This document shows, piece by piece, positions 28,387-38,900 of a DNA stretch of 64,000 bases. Source of the stretch: an uncultured virus (IMG/VR IMGVR_UViG_3300042549_010585). Its lineage: Duplodnaviria > Heunggongvirae > Uroviricota > Caudoviricetes. The notes beneath the pieces are model-generated. The model made no database searches, was not told where the DNA came from, and saw only the letters and a list, made by a program, of their open reading frames with translations. A program made the position numbers and the translations under genes. Where the stretch lies: IMG/VR virus record IMGVR_UViG_3300042549_010585; one strand, 5' to 3'. Positions within the stretch are counted from its first letter, which is position 1. Each line of letters begins with the position of its first letter.

Positions 28387-28639
28387 TTAATTTCTCAGCG
28401 AATTTTAAGGCTTCATCAATATTTGGGATTTTTTTAACTTCTTTTTTATTCTTTCTTACAGAATAAGAAGATACTGGAATATTATTTTCTATGTTAAAAG
28501 ACTTAACTATATCAACTTTAGTTCCATTTAAAATCCAAATATTATTTGGCACAGACTCAAACCAATTATCGTCTATTAAAATAGATTCAATATTATATTT
28601 TTTTAATATATTTTTATTTGATGAGAATCTGTACCACAT
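28379..28639 (-). CDS. hypothetical protein
   Basis: 86-aa ORF coupled to both neighbours; MWY N-terminus. Confidence 0.65.
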   Translation of the reverse strand: MWYRFSSNKNILKKYNIESILIDDNWFESVPNNIWILNGTKVDIVKSFNIENNIPVSSYSVRKNKKEVKKIPNIDEALKFAEKLNA

Positions 28640-28641
28640 AA

Positions 28642-29565
28642 TTAAACCTTAGGCTGAGTATAGGCGTTGCAAAATTTTGGAATACCAAAGCCAAAATTGC
28701 CTTCTTTGCCTATTGTATTGAATCTACCATTTTGGTCACAAATTACATCAAGGGCCTCTAGCATAGCTTGCACAGATGTAATTTTATAAGCATTAGGATT
28801 TTCTAATCTATCCTTCGCAAGAAGCAACGCACAAACGCCAGCAATAAAGGGAGAAGCTTGACTTGTTCCTTTTAATACTGCATACTGATTATTCAAATAT
28901 GTGCTATAAATATTTACACCAGCTGCAACTACACTAACCTCAGTTCCCCTGGATGAGAAATCTGCCAAATTACCATTCTCATCAATCGCACCAACTGCAA
29001 TTACTTCTGGGTATCTAGCTGGCCAGTTGACAGCGCCGCTATCATTACCTGCAGCTGCAACAATAATTATTCCATTATTTGTGGCATCGATGATTGCTTG
29101 GTGAAACGACGCAGGTGGCTCAACTGGAGCTCCTAAGCTCATATTAATAATGTCTACACCTTCATCTATTGCAGCTCTAATACCAGCTTCAATTCCAGCA
29201 TATCCACCATGTCCGCTATTACCCAAAACCTTTACAGTCATCAATTCAGCTTCTGAAGCTACACCTAAGATGCCAAAATCATTATCTCTGGCTCCAATTA
29301 TGCCACAAACATGAGTAGAATGGCCTTGGCTATCAACGGGACTATTCTCGCCTGTAGTATCCAGCCCGAGCATATCGGGTAAATCTGAGTGTATAGGCTT
29401 ACCTGTGTCCAAAACTGCTACTTTGATTCCTGATCCTTTTGTGATTTTATGGAATTCTTGAATATTAGCCTTACTCAAGCCCCAGTCTACAGTTTGTGAC
29501 AATTGTGCAAATTGATACTCGTATTCCATATCTTCGATAGGCAAAAACTCAATAAGATCTTCCAT
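28642..29565 (-). CDS. subtilisin-like S8 serine protease
   Basis: VAVLDTG, GHSTHVCG, NMSLG, AAAGN, GTSQASP. Confidence 0.93.
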   Translation of the reverse strand: MEDLIEFLPIEDMEYEYQFAQLSQTVDWGLSKANIQEFHKITKGSGIKVAVLDTGKPIHSDLPDMLGLDTTGENSPVDSQGHSTHVCGIIGARDNDFGILGVASEAELMTVKVLGNSGHGGYAGIEAGIRAAIDEGVDIINMSLGAPVEPPASFHQAIIDATNNGIIIVAAAGNDSGAVNWPARYPEVIAVGAIDENGNLADFSSRGTEVSVVAAGVNIYSTYLNNQYAVLKGTSQASPFIAGVCALLLAKDRLENPNAYKITSVQAMLEALDVICDQNGRFNTIGKEGNFGFGIPKFCNAYTQPKV

Positions 29566-29579
29566 TTTATTTTTCTCCC

Positions 29580-29837
29580 TTAATTTACCTGTGACTGAAT
29601 ATCAAAGGTAAAACTAATTCTCTGCTGCGGCGGGCGCTTTAATACCAGCGCATAGGTATCACCAGATTTATTAAATCCAATTCCTATTAAAGTCTCAATG
29701 TCGCCAAATGCTAAATAATTACCAAGCAGTCTAGATTTTATATCACCTTGCGTGACATATAAATTTGTTAAATCGCCTGTTTTCAACCAATATCTAGGAG
29801 CAAAATATCTAGCTCCAAAATAATTACCTGGAAACAT
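29580..29837 (-). CDS. small putative virion protein
   Basis: aromatic repeat YFGARYFAPRYW; GDI repeats; coupled in operon. Confidence 0.55.
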   Translation of the reverse strand: MFPGNYFGARYFAPRYWLKTGDLTNLYVTQGDIKSRLLGNYLAFGDIETLIGIGFNKSGDTYALVLKRPPQQRISFTFDIQSQVN

Positions 29838-29838
29838 A

Positions 29839-30444
29839 TTATGTTAAATCCGTGGTAATTGCAGATCTGTTGCCATAAGCATCAACTGTTGCAACTATTC
29901 TGTTTTTAGAGTCCCCAATGTTTCTAATTGTAATTGTAGCAGTTGAAGCTCCGGAAATTTTACCAGAAGAAGCTGCAACTATTAATCTAATTGCTTGTCT
30001 GAGCGTTAATGAAGTTTCAACTCCATTAGCTATATCTAAAACATTATTTGCAATCGTATCAATGTCTGTAGTGTTGACAGAAACTGCCCTGGCCGAGTTT
30101 GCAGATGGGGTATAGCTTATTGCAAGCATCCTGCTTACAGGCACATGGGCATCGCCAGAATCTTTAGCATACTCTAAACTGACTTCTCCATTTGTCCATG
30201 GTGAAGCAGCCAAAGTTCTTGTCCAGTGGCCATCCGCTTGATGCGTCATTGCGTTAGCTGTTTCAGAGACTTGCCAAGTTTGATCTGAGTCTCTCCACCA
30301 TTTGCCAGCATTTGCTCCAGTAATATTTTTTAAATAATAATTAACTGTTGAGCTGCCTGTAAGCGGCGAACCACTAGTCTTATCAATCATAGTAAAAGCT
30401 CTAGGTAAGGTAGAGCCTGCTTCTTGTGTTCTAAAATCACTCAT
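29839..30444 (-). CDS. putative virion protein
   Basis: C-terminal TLRQAIRLI...SGK.SG...KNRIVATVD..GNR motif, recalled from phage structural cassettes. Confidence 0.6.
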   Translation of the reverse strand: MSDFRTQEAGSTLPRAFTMIDKTSGSPLTGSSTVNYYLKNITGANAGKWWRDSDQTWQVSETANAMTHQADGHWTRTLAASPWTNGEVSLEYAKDSGDAHVPVSRMLAISYTPSANSARAVSVNTTDIDTIANNVLDIANGVETSLTLRQAIRLIVAASSGKISGASTATITIRNIGDSKNRIVATVDAYGNRSAITTDLT

Positions 30445-31298
30445 AATGTAACTCCGTAGGCATTCTGCAACATATTAAAATATAACCAAGGGGCAGCTAT
30501 TGGGAAAGTCCTATTAACATATATTTTATTTAAAGTGGTTGGATAATCAGTCCTAGACTCATTAAAAATTCTTTGTCCCAGGTAACTAGTTAAAGATGTG
30601 TTATAGATACAAACATCATCAATGTAGCCCTTAAGATATTGGCGGCCTCCACCATTTGTAACCATATCTCCAAATAATACATTCTGGGATCCACTGCTTA
30701 TGTCCAAAGTTGATGCGGAGGTACCACTGGCGACAAGTCTGCCGTTTAGATAGACAAATGAAGCAATTCCCTGCCTTACAACTAGACAATGATACCATGT
30801 GTCTATAGATATTGTAGAACCAGCAGAAGCATATTCTCCAAATAAAACAGCACTTTCAGCAACCCTAAATATAATAGAACCAGTTGTATCAATATCAATA
30901 CTGAACCCCTTGCTATTTGCCGATTCATATCTAGAAACAACAGTTTGCCTACCATTTGAGTTTGGGTTGTTTAACGTCTCTAGCATAAACCAACATGAAA
31001 CAGAAAAATTTGTATTTGTAAATTGAAATTTAGTAGAATCATCTACACTTACATAATCACCATCGCCATTTAGCTTAAGCCCAACATAACCACCAGGCCT
31101 TGTGGAGCCCCACCACCCAGAAGATGAATTGGCAAACCCTGTTAGTGTGCCATGGTTAATGTCAAATAAATTATAAAAATATTTACTTCCTGATGTAGCT
31201 GGCAAGCCAAGCCACCAACCTATCTTATATTCATTTAAGGTTGCTGATAAATTTAGGATATTATCATATCTAAAACTAACCGATGCTAGACTTATCAT
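30441..31298 (-). CDS. LamG/concanavalin-A-like domain protein
   Basis: LNGDGDYV, FSVSCWF, WYHCLVVR, VYLNG, GYIDDVCIYNTSL. Confidence 0.88.
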   Translation of the reverse strand: MISLASVSFRYDNILNLSATLNEYKIGWWLGLPATSGSKYFYNLFDINHGTLTGFANSSSGWWGSTRPGGYVGLKLNGDGDYVSVDDSTKFQFTNTNFSVSCWFMLETLNNPNSNGRQTVVSRYESANSKGFSIDIDTTGSIIFRVAESAVLFGEYASAGSTISIDTWYHCLVVRQGIASFVYLNGRLVASGTSASTLDISSGSQNVLFGDMVTNGGGRQYLKGYIDDVCIYNTSLTSYLGQRIFNESRTDYPTTLNKIYVNRTFPIAAPWLYFNMLQNAYGVTL

Positions 31299-31301
31299 AA
31301 A

Positions 31302-31739
31302 TTAAACGCTCTGGAGTGTAATTGGCCTTATTTTTAATGTATTGCCAGAAGCAGCAAAAGCTTGACCCGTGCCTTCGTTTCTAACCAGAGGCTTGAAGTC
31401 GCCTGGCGGTAAAACACATTGCTTAATAATTCTTTGAGCATTGGCCGTAGCTCTGATAGGTAAAACAACATCAGGATTTCTTGCTGGAATAATACTTCCG
31501 CTTCCGTCCTCATAATTTGTACCATCAATCTCTCTTAAAAACCAAACACTTACAGATGTATTTGCGGTTGGTGTAGATCCAAATGTAACCACAAGCTCAG
31601 CTTCTCCTAAAACATAACCTGAGGTTGTAAGTGCAAAAGCTGAGCCTTTAACTGCGTTAGAATTATTTGCCAATGAGTTCAATTCTGAGGTCATAGCAGA
31701 GTCTGCTGTGCCTCTTACCCATTTTTGTGTTGTTGCCAT
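31302..31739 (-). CDS. putative virion beta-sandwich protein
   Basis: 145 aa, DGTNYED motif, in structural cassette. Confidence 0.6.
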   Translation of the reverse strand: MATTQKWVRGTADSAMTSELNSLANNSNAVKGSAFALTTSGYVLGEAELVVTFGSTPTANTSVSVWFLREIDGTNYEDGSGSIIPARNPDVVLPIRATANAQRIIKQCVLPPGDFKPLVRNEGTGQAFAASGNTLKIRPITLQSV

Positions 31740-32206
31740 TATTCACTTACCTCATTCAAAGAATTACTAACTTCATCAATGCTTACAGGAGTTCCAAATA
31801 ATCTTTCAGATCTACTACCCTGCCTATTGATGATAAAACCTTTTTCTTCAAGTGTTAATAGATTGTCAATAATCATTTGGTCTAAAATAGAATTTAGATT
31901 TGCATCAAGTGAGTTTATGGTATCAGAATTAGCTACCAATCTATCAAATACTTTCAGCCAAAATGTAGCTTTTTCTGTACCTTGAGATTCTTGGATCATC
32001 AAGTTGTAAACCACTGACGATGTGTCTTCAACAAACTGATCTCTAGAAATTCTTCCCTTTGGCACAATATAATCAGATCCGCTTCTGACTGTGTTCAACA
32101 TAGTAGTTATACCAATGTCATCTCTGATAGCAAGACTGCTTGCATAGCCAAGATTATTTGGATCATTTTGTATTTCTTGTTTTAATAAATTTAAATCTAC
32201 TGCCAT
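31739..32206 (-). CDS. hypothetical protein
   Basis: 155 aa, LKQEIQNDP..LGY, SRSE.LFG; stop overlaps next start. Confidence 0.65.
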   Translation of the reverse strand: MAVDLNLLKQEIQNDPNNLGYASSLAIRDDIGITTMLNTVRSGSDYIVPKGRISRDQFVEDTSSVVYNLMIQESQGTEKATFWLKVFDRLVANSDTINSLDANLNSILDQMIIDNLLTLEEKGFIINRQGSRSERLFGTPVSIDEVSNSLNEVSE

Positions 32207-32210
32207 AATT

Positions 32211-32960
32211 TTATCCTATGTCCACTGAATTTACAGTTAATTGAGCCTTGTAATAGCCGGTAGGATCATTATAATCTACAACTTGTCTAGCCCAAAATCT
32301 AAAGAATCCATCTGCTCGCGTAAGAACAACCGTAGAGCCTGTTCCTGCTGATGATTTATATAATTCGGTTCTGTTCGGAACGGCTGACATATAATAATTT
32401 ATACCAGTTGCATCAGTTGTTAGAGAAATAGGCGAAACTCTAATAGCCTGTCCTGCTGTTAGGTTAATAGTTGCAGAAGTACTAACCAATGTTTCTCCAC
32501 CAGAATTTGTGTATGAGTATGCAACTGTGTAAATACCAGCTCCAAGATTTGATGTGGTTCCTATAGCTGCCAGAGTGGGAGCTGCAGAAGGATTAGAAAC
32601 GGCAGGGGAAGTCGAGTTAGCGTTTGGCTCTGATGCCGATGGCAAAAGCGCTCCTGAATACACAAGCACATTAGAGCCTGATGTGCCATAAGATCCTGGA
32701 CTTCCCTGCACATCAGGGGCGATTTGCAAGTTGCTAACAAAATCACTACCGTTAATCCCGCCGCCTGCAGTTGGTTGAATGTATACATCTAACATAGACG
32801 TCGTGCCATTATTAAGACCATAAGCAACAACACCTGTCGTAGATGTAGTGCCAGATCCAGGCAAAGTGACAGTTGGTAAAATCATTGATTGTACCCAAGA
32901 GCCATCTGACATTTCTTGAGTTAATGCAGCATTCTTGTAAAGTGTAATTAGACCTGCCAT
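32211..32960 (-). CDS. putative virion structural protein
   Basis: Ser/Thr/Gly-rich; APTL...GAGIYTVAYSY...GETLVS module. Confidence 0.6.
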   Translation of the reverse strand: MAGLITLYKNAALTQEMSDGSWVQSMILPTVTLPGSGTTSTTGVVAYGLNNGTTSMLDVYIQPTAGGGINGSDFVSNLQIAPDVQGSPGSYGTSGSNVLVYSGALLPSASEPNANSTSPAVSNPSAAPTLAAIGTTSNLGAGIYTVAYSYTNSGGETLVSTSATINLTAGQAIRVSPISLTTDATGINYYMSAVPNRTELYKSSAGTGSTVVLTRADGFFRFWARQVVDYNDPTGYYKAQLTVNSVDIG

Positions 32961-32994
32961 ATAAAGCCACCTAAAATAAGTTCTTGTATTGAGT

Positions 32995-33020
32995 TTTCTT
33001 TAAAAACTTATCAAATACCT
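32995..33020 (-). promoter_or_regulatory. candidate AGG-N19-GAAA promoter
   Basis: CCT 33018-33020 and TTTC 32995-32998, 19 nt apart. Confidence 0.55.
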
Positions 33021-35943
33021 ATCTTATATAAACGGTAGAGCTCCAAACGGGGACACCATATCTCTGACCATTATAAGGTGTAGCTTTAAAGATATACACT
33101 TCGCCAGATTTTGTTTGATTCGCAGCAACTACCTTACCTGTAAAAGCAGCAGTAGAACCCACACCAGAAGTTGCACCAATCCCGCCAGAACTATCTAAAT
33201 ACCATTGAACTAATGTGTTATCAGGAAAATTATCAGGTATATTATTTGGATTTCTGTAATCATAAACTGCCACCAACGCATCTCCAGCAAGGGCTGATCG
33301 CAAGGATGTGTCTTGGTCAATTTGGATTGTGTTTGCATTGGCATAAACAAACTCAGAATTTCCTATTCCACTTATTATGTAAGGAACTTTATCACCATTT
33401 AAAGTCACAATGTTTGATCTTGACACTAATCCTGTGCTAAAGCTATCGGATGGAGTTACTTCAACAAAGAATTTATCTCCTTGAGCAAATGTTGCACCAA
33501 TACCAATATCTACTTTCTTTTGTGTAATTCTGTTATTATAACTTGTTATCGGGAAATACTTTTGGCCACCAATGACCTGGCTTTGCCCCGTACCAGAGTA
33601 TGCCGATCTATATCTCCACCATACAATTTCTGTTCCATTTTCATCTGCATCATTTGGAGAATTAAAAGTGTAATCAACAGTTAGTCTTTGATAAATTGTA
33701 GGATTGATCAAAGTGCCATTTTCATCAAAAACTTGAGGCATCAATTTGGTATTAAGCGCAGATGGCACTTGTGTTTGGTTGTATTCAGAAAGCAAACTTG
33801 GATTATCTAAAGTTGTGTAAAATAACCCAAAATTTCTAATATCAATTGGCAATGGATCGCCCAAGTTATCCACTGAAGGGTCATAATTTTTAATTTCAAC
33901 ACCAACTCTATAGTATCCAGAATGCTCAATATAAATTGTTATATTGTCAGTGGGCTCAAGTTCTTTTGCAAAAGTGACAGTTCCTTCTTCTGGGCTAAGC
34001 CAGTACCCTCCACGAATAATATTTTGATTTTTAAGAACGATTGCTATCGCATCTTGCGGCCAGCGCCCATTAAATAGAGTATATGTTTTATAGTCTGTAG
34101 TTGTAGTGGGTTCACCCTTGGACGTATATTTAGAAGAAGGCGTGGTAATAGTCACATAGACTTTTGGCAAATTGCCATTGGCGTCTCTTCTAAGCGCAGG
34201 ATTAAAAATTATTAGACCATTAGATGGCAAAGTGGAATACGCAGATGTGCTTACCGCTGAATATCTATTTTGGGTATCTTTTAATTCCACTAATATTTCA
34301 TCCGTCGACAACCATGTTCTTACTCGATTGTTTTTAAGAACTGTGTAATTCACAAGATTGTCATCACCTTGTGTGTCTAATCTAGAATCAACACTTTGTT
34401 CTGTGAATAAAACACCACTCTGTCTATTTGGTAGAGCGCTTTTTCTTGAAGTATGGATAACAGAAAAATCAGCAAAATCTGTAGAGTTTCCCCTGCAAAT
34501 ACCCCATGTAGCAATAGCTGTGTCAGGCAGGAATTGTGAAGCTGACAAAATTGCTTCAAACATCATGCCATTGACAACTTGTATAGGCGTATATAAATAT
34601 TGAACCGAAGGCGAAACTGTTTTATGATACAATGACTCTAAAACTGGCCTTATTACAGAAGAAGAACCAATATTCCAGCCATCTGTCAATTCTACTTGAT
34701 ACTCCAGGGCTAATATTTCTTCTTTTAAAGTATAATCTGAACCAGAAGGTATTTCGGCCCAGGGCGTAAAGTTTAATCTGTCAAAAGACCAACGAGCTCT
34801 AACGGCACAAGATGTTCCATGTGTATCTTCTATGACCGGAGTGAATGAAGCACCTATTCCACTTACCCAGGTAGGATTTAAGAAATCGTATTTTTTACTC
34901 CAGCTGGATTTGAATAAATTATTTGCACCATTGTGTAATAATGTAGAAAGAGAATTGTCCCAGTCTCCTGATTCAGAAATATGGAAATGATAACCATTTG
35001 TGTCAGAAGAGATTTCTCTAAGCTTAGATTCTTTATGAGATTTTCCGAGTCCAAAAGTTAAAACTGGTGCACCACTGTCGCCCCAAGCACTATTTGCCGC
35101 AAGGGCAGTTACAGAGGATGCTTCTGCACTTGAATTATCTCCATCACCAATGATTGTCCCAAGTGGAATAAAAGTTTTAGCCCATCTATTTATCAAATAA
35201 TCTGTGACATCACTGTAGTTGCAAATTGTATCAGAAGTAAAATTTCCACCTGAAGGATCACCCCAGGCACTTCTTGTGCCAGAAGGCAATGAGTTCCAAT
35301 AATCAATAATATCATTTAATCTTAAACAACTGATTGAGTCTAGGTATAATACGACATCATTCACTCTAATTCTATTGTTTACAGTGTCATTTTCTTTGAT
35401 TATAGCGTCGTATACACTTTGGTAGTTCAATCCACTCATTACTAATGGCGCAGTGCCTAAAAGGGTTGAATTTAAGCCTCTTTGGAAAAGAGCAGATGAA
35501 TACAAAGCTATCGAATCTAGATCATTAGAATATCCGGAAGTTCTATTCAGCTCTTGTGTAGATATCACCCAATAGTCTGTATATGATGTCTTATAATTTC
35601 CAGTGCCCGACCAATACATATTAGAATCAGTGCGAGAATATAAATTTGTTAAAAAATTAGGCAAAGATGATTTTAGTTCTGTACCTGTGCCATAAAATGG
35701 ATCACTCCAAGAAATCGAGGCAGTGTCATCTACAAGCAATGCATTCAAAAATTTTATATCACTTGTTATATTCCCATTGTCATCTAAAATAATTCCACGG
35801 AAATTTCCAGTAGTAAAATCTACATTATTTATAGTTTCTATTGGAGTCACTGGTGTTTGAAAATAAACACGAAAGAAAAAATCTTCGTTTGTTCTTGCAG
35901 ACCAAGTCGCCCCATTATATTTTACTAAATTTCCGTTCGGCAT
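33019..35943 (-). CDS. large structural protein with vWA-like domain and two C-terminal Ig-like repeats
   Basis: LLVDDTAS (MIDAS-like), IIGDG, VLTFGLG..LREISSDTNG; repeats L..Y.F..P...T.I.W...VTP/ATP. Confidence 0.65.
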   Translation of the reverse strand: MPNGNLVKYNGATWSARTNEDFFFRVYFQTPVTPIETINNVDFTTGNFRGIILDDNGNITSDIKFLNALLVDDTASISWSDPFYGTGTELKSSLPNFLTNLYSRTDSNMYWSGTGNYKTSYTDYWVISTQELNRTSGYSNDLDSIALYSSALFQRGLNSTLLGTAPLVMSGLNYQSVYDAIIKENDTVNNRIRVNDVVLYLDSISCLRLNDIIDYWNSLPSGTRSAWGDPSGGNFTSDTICNYSDVTDYLINRWAKTFIPLGTIIGDGDNSSAEASSVTALAANSAWGDSGAPVLTFGLGKSHKESKLREISSDTNGYHFHISESGDWDNSLSTLLHNGANNLFKSSWSKKYDFLNPTWVSGIGASFTPVIEDTHGTSCAVRARWSFDRLNFTPWAEIPSGSDYTLKEEILALEYQVELTDGWNIGSSSVIRPVLESLYHKTVSPSVQYLYTPIQVVNGMMFEAILSASQFLPDTAIATWGICRGNSTDFADFSVIHTSRKSALPNRQSGVLFTEQSVDSRLDTQGDDNLVNYTVLKNNRVRTWLSTDEILVELKDTQNRYSAVSTSAYSTLPSNGLIIFNPALRRDANGNLPKVYVTITTPSSKYTSKGEPTTTTDYKTYTLFNGRWPQDAIAIVLKNQNIIRGGYWLSPEEGTVTFAKELEPTDNITIYIEHSGYYRVGVEIKNYDPSVDNLGDPLPIDIRNFGLFYTTLDNPSLLSEYNQTQVPSALNTKLMPQVFDENGTLINPTIYQRLTVDYTFNSPNDADENGTEIVWWRYRSAYSGTGQSQVIGGQKYFPITSYNNRITQKKVDIGIGATFAQGDKFFVEVTPSDSFSTGLVSRSNIVTLNGDKVPYIISGIGNSEFVYANANTIQIDQDTSLRSALAGDALVAVYDYRNPNNIPDNFPDNTLVQWYLDSSGGIGATSGVGSTAAFTGKVVAANQTKSGEVYIFKATPYNGQRYGVPVWSSTVYIR

Positions 35944-35946
35944 TTT

Positions 35947-38900
35947 TTAATAACCTTGAATATTTGATTTGACCCAATTGATGACCGATGACCCACCAAT
36001 AGCAACTGATTCTGTTGCGACTAGTGCATACGTTGATCCCGGAGTTAATCCTGTAACATTTATTATAAATGATTTAAAGCCAGGATATGAGATATCAGCA
36101 GCAGTAAATTTTTCAGGCAATAAATGTTGCTTTAATTTGCCAATATCAATAACCTGATCAATATAATATAATCGGAAATCTGATATTCTTGCAACCCTTG
36201 TCTTCAATATATCTGAAATACCATCAGAAACAGATAATCTCCAATATCTATGACTTGAAGTCTCTAAGTCTATAGATAATATACTTTCCCAGCGCCCAGA
36301 TCCAGCATGGATAGGAGGATCTATAGTTGCATTGGTGGCTGTTGTCCAGGTAGAATTATCATCAGAATATTCAAAAGTGACAGTTGGATCTTGGGTGTAA
36401 TAAATTTTTGCAATAATTTTATTTACAGGTTTGCTATTACCTAGCCCAAAATCATATTTGGCTGTTATACCAGCAGAAGATCCTGAGCTTGTTGATTCGT
36501 AATATGTAGAAGTATCATAAATATCATTATCATAAAGTCTAGGGGCAGAATTAAACCCAGATGAGGCTTGGTATCCTGGCGCCCAATTAACCGAGTTTGT
36601 AGTTGAAGCAGTAGTGGCTAGTGGCATACCTGTTGGCAAACCGCCTGAAGTATTATATATTGCTACTTCTAAAGTATTATCCAGCGAGGTAGCATCATCT
36701 TGTACTTCTTTTCTGCTTAAGAAAAGTGAAACTTTAGTTATTTCAGAAGTTTCGGCTATAAATGTTTGGCCCAATTTACCTCCGCCAAATGATTCTGAAT
36801 TATCAATATATCTATTTATATTGGTGCAAGCTAAGCCTGTTTCAGGGTTTTCATCTGTATGATACCATGTATCACCATCATCATTGGAATACCACATGCC
36901 ATTATCTGTGGCTGCCAAAAGACAAGTTGAAGACAAGGTAAATAAATCATTTATTGAAAGATCAGACCCATTTATTCTCTCACATTTTTCAAATGTCTTA
37001 GCCTCATCAACGCTTCTATAAACACCCTTGTTTGTGCCAACAAAAATTTTATATAATGTTTCTCCAGTAGAAATAGTTTCAGCAGATGTTGCAAAACAGT
37101 TGCAAGAAATCCCTACCAAGCTATGGTTTTCAACAACAAAATCTTTTAAATCTTCTTGTGAATTGTCAGGGTCACACCATCTCCAGTTTCTTACAGTGTA
37201 AACTCCATTAGAAGAAAGGATTATCAAAGGTACAGATTTTGGCCTTGGACTTTGGAATATTTTATAATATTTCACCGGTACAGTTAAAGTGTTACCATTG
37301 GGAGTTGTGACAACTACTGTGTTTGGATTTGATCCAAACATCTCTCTTCCGACTAGAATAGATGCATACTCGCCCCTTGATGAAGCATTACCAGTACAAA
37401 CTGCATATAATCCAACATTTGTACACAAATATAAGCCGTCAACTTGAGTTTGCTTTCTATTGTCTCCTGTGCCCACAAACCTATAAAACTTGTTACTATA
37501 TAGACCATATACATTTGATCCATCAAGATCATTAAAGTGATCAGATATAAATGATGTTGCACCCGTGCCTTGCCTCACAAAGGCCAATCCATCATTTTTG
37601 CCATAGGCATAAAAAGTATAATTCGTGTCCCACGATCCTGATAAATAAGCATAAATTGCTTGTGGATATGTTGGATTTAAGGCCCAGGTGTCATCACTTT
37701 GCTGCTCATATAACCCAATGTCAGTTCCTGCCATAAGGTAAGAACTTGATGCTTGTGTGCTAATAAAATAAACTTTATTAGCATTATCTAAAGCAGATTC
37801 TTTTACCCAATAAGAACCATTGTAAATCCAAATACCCTTATCTGTACCCAGTCTCATGTCAGTACCAGAGCTGTTAGCATTATTCATGATGTAAATAGAT
37901 CTTGGAGAACTAGAAACATTTGAAGAGCTTGGTTCAAGTCCAACAAATAAATTAGAAGATGAGTTTCTACTATCGGCTTCACTAAACGCAAAATCATAGA
38001 ATAATGAATTCACAGGACCTCTATGAGATTTGTCAGCATATATTGGATCTGGTTCACCCGTAAAATTTGTAAATAAATTATTATAATTTGAATTTGCAGT
38101 AATGCTTAATTGTAAGAGATTAGATCCTGCTATAGAATTCAAATGGTATGGCTGATTGCTTTGAATTAAACTTATTTTATCTTCTATGCCTGGGACATTC
38201 TGCAATGTAGCTTCGTAAACAGCTGTTGTAGTAATCGGAAGAGTGGTTGAACTCGACCTTGGTCTTAATAAAGTAATTATTCTTGAGCCAAATGCATCAG
38301 GTTCAACTTTGACCTGTAAAAATTCAGAAACATTTAAATTTGAATTTCTAAATTCTAAGAAATTTGCAGTAAATGGAACCTGTAATGGGTCAGAAACTGT
38401 TACGCCTGTACCAGCAGGAGCGCTTCCGCCCAGTGGAGATGCTAAAACTGTCAAAGGCGCATCTCCTGAAACTAGGGAGTTTATCTGCTCTGCGTGTGGA
38501 GTGTCACCTACATTTGAAATAAATGCATTTAATTTAATGATTGTTAGCTTAACTACATCGTCAGCCGTAAGCGAACTTGTGAAAGTGATACGACCTTCTG
38601 TAGGATACAGTGAATAAATTTTATTTGCAGGTTCGTCGTTGATATAAACAATTACATCTGCGTCACTATACCAACTACTGGTGTAATAATTTAAATAGTC
38701 ACTCTCAAGAATAAAACTTTGTCCAAGAGTTTGATCACTCGAAAATTTTACAGATTGATAGTATGTATTTAACGTGTAATCTCCAGAAGAAACTAAACCT
38801 TCTAAAGTTGTTCTATCTGAAGATATGGCTAAGCGATCTTCATAATATATAGTTGCTGTCGGAGAGGTATTAAATAAATTTACAGGCCTATTCCAAATAG

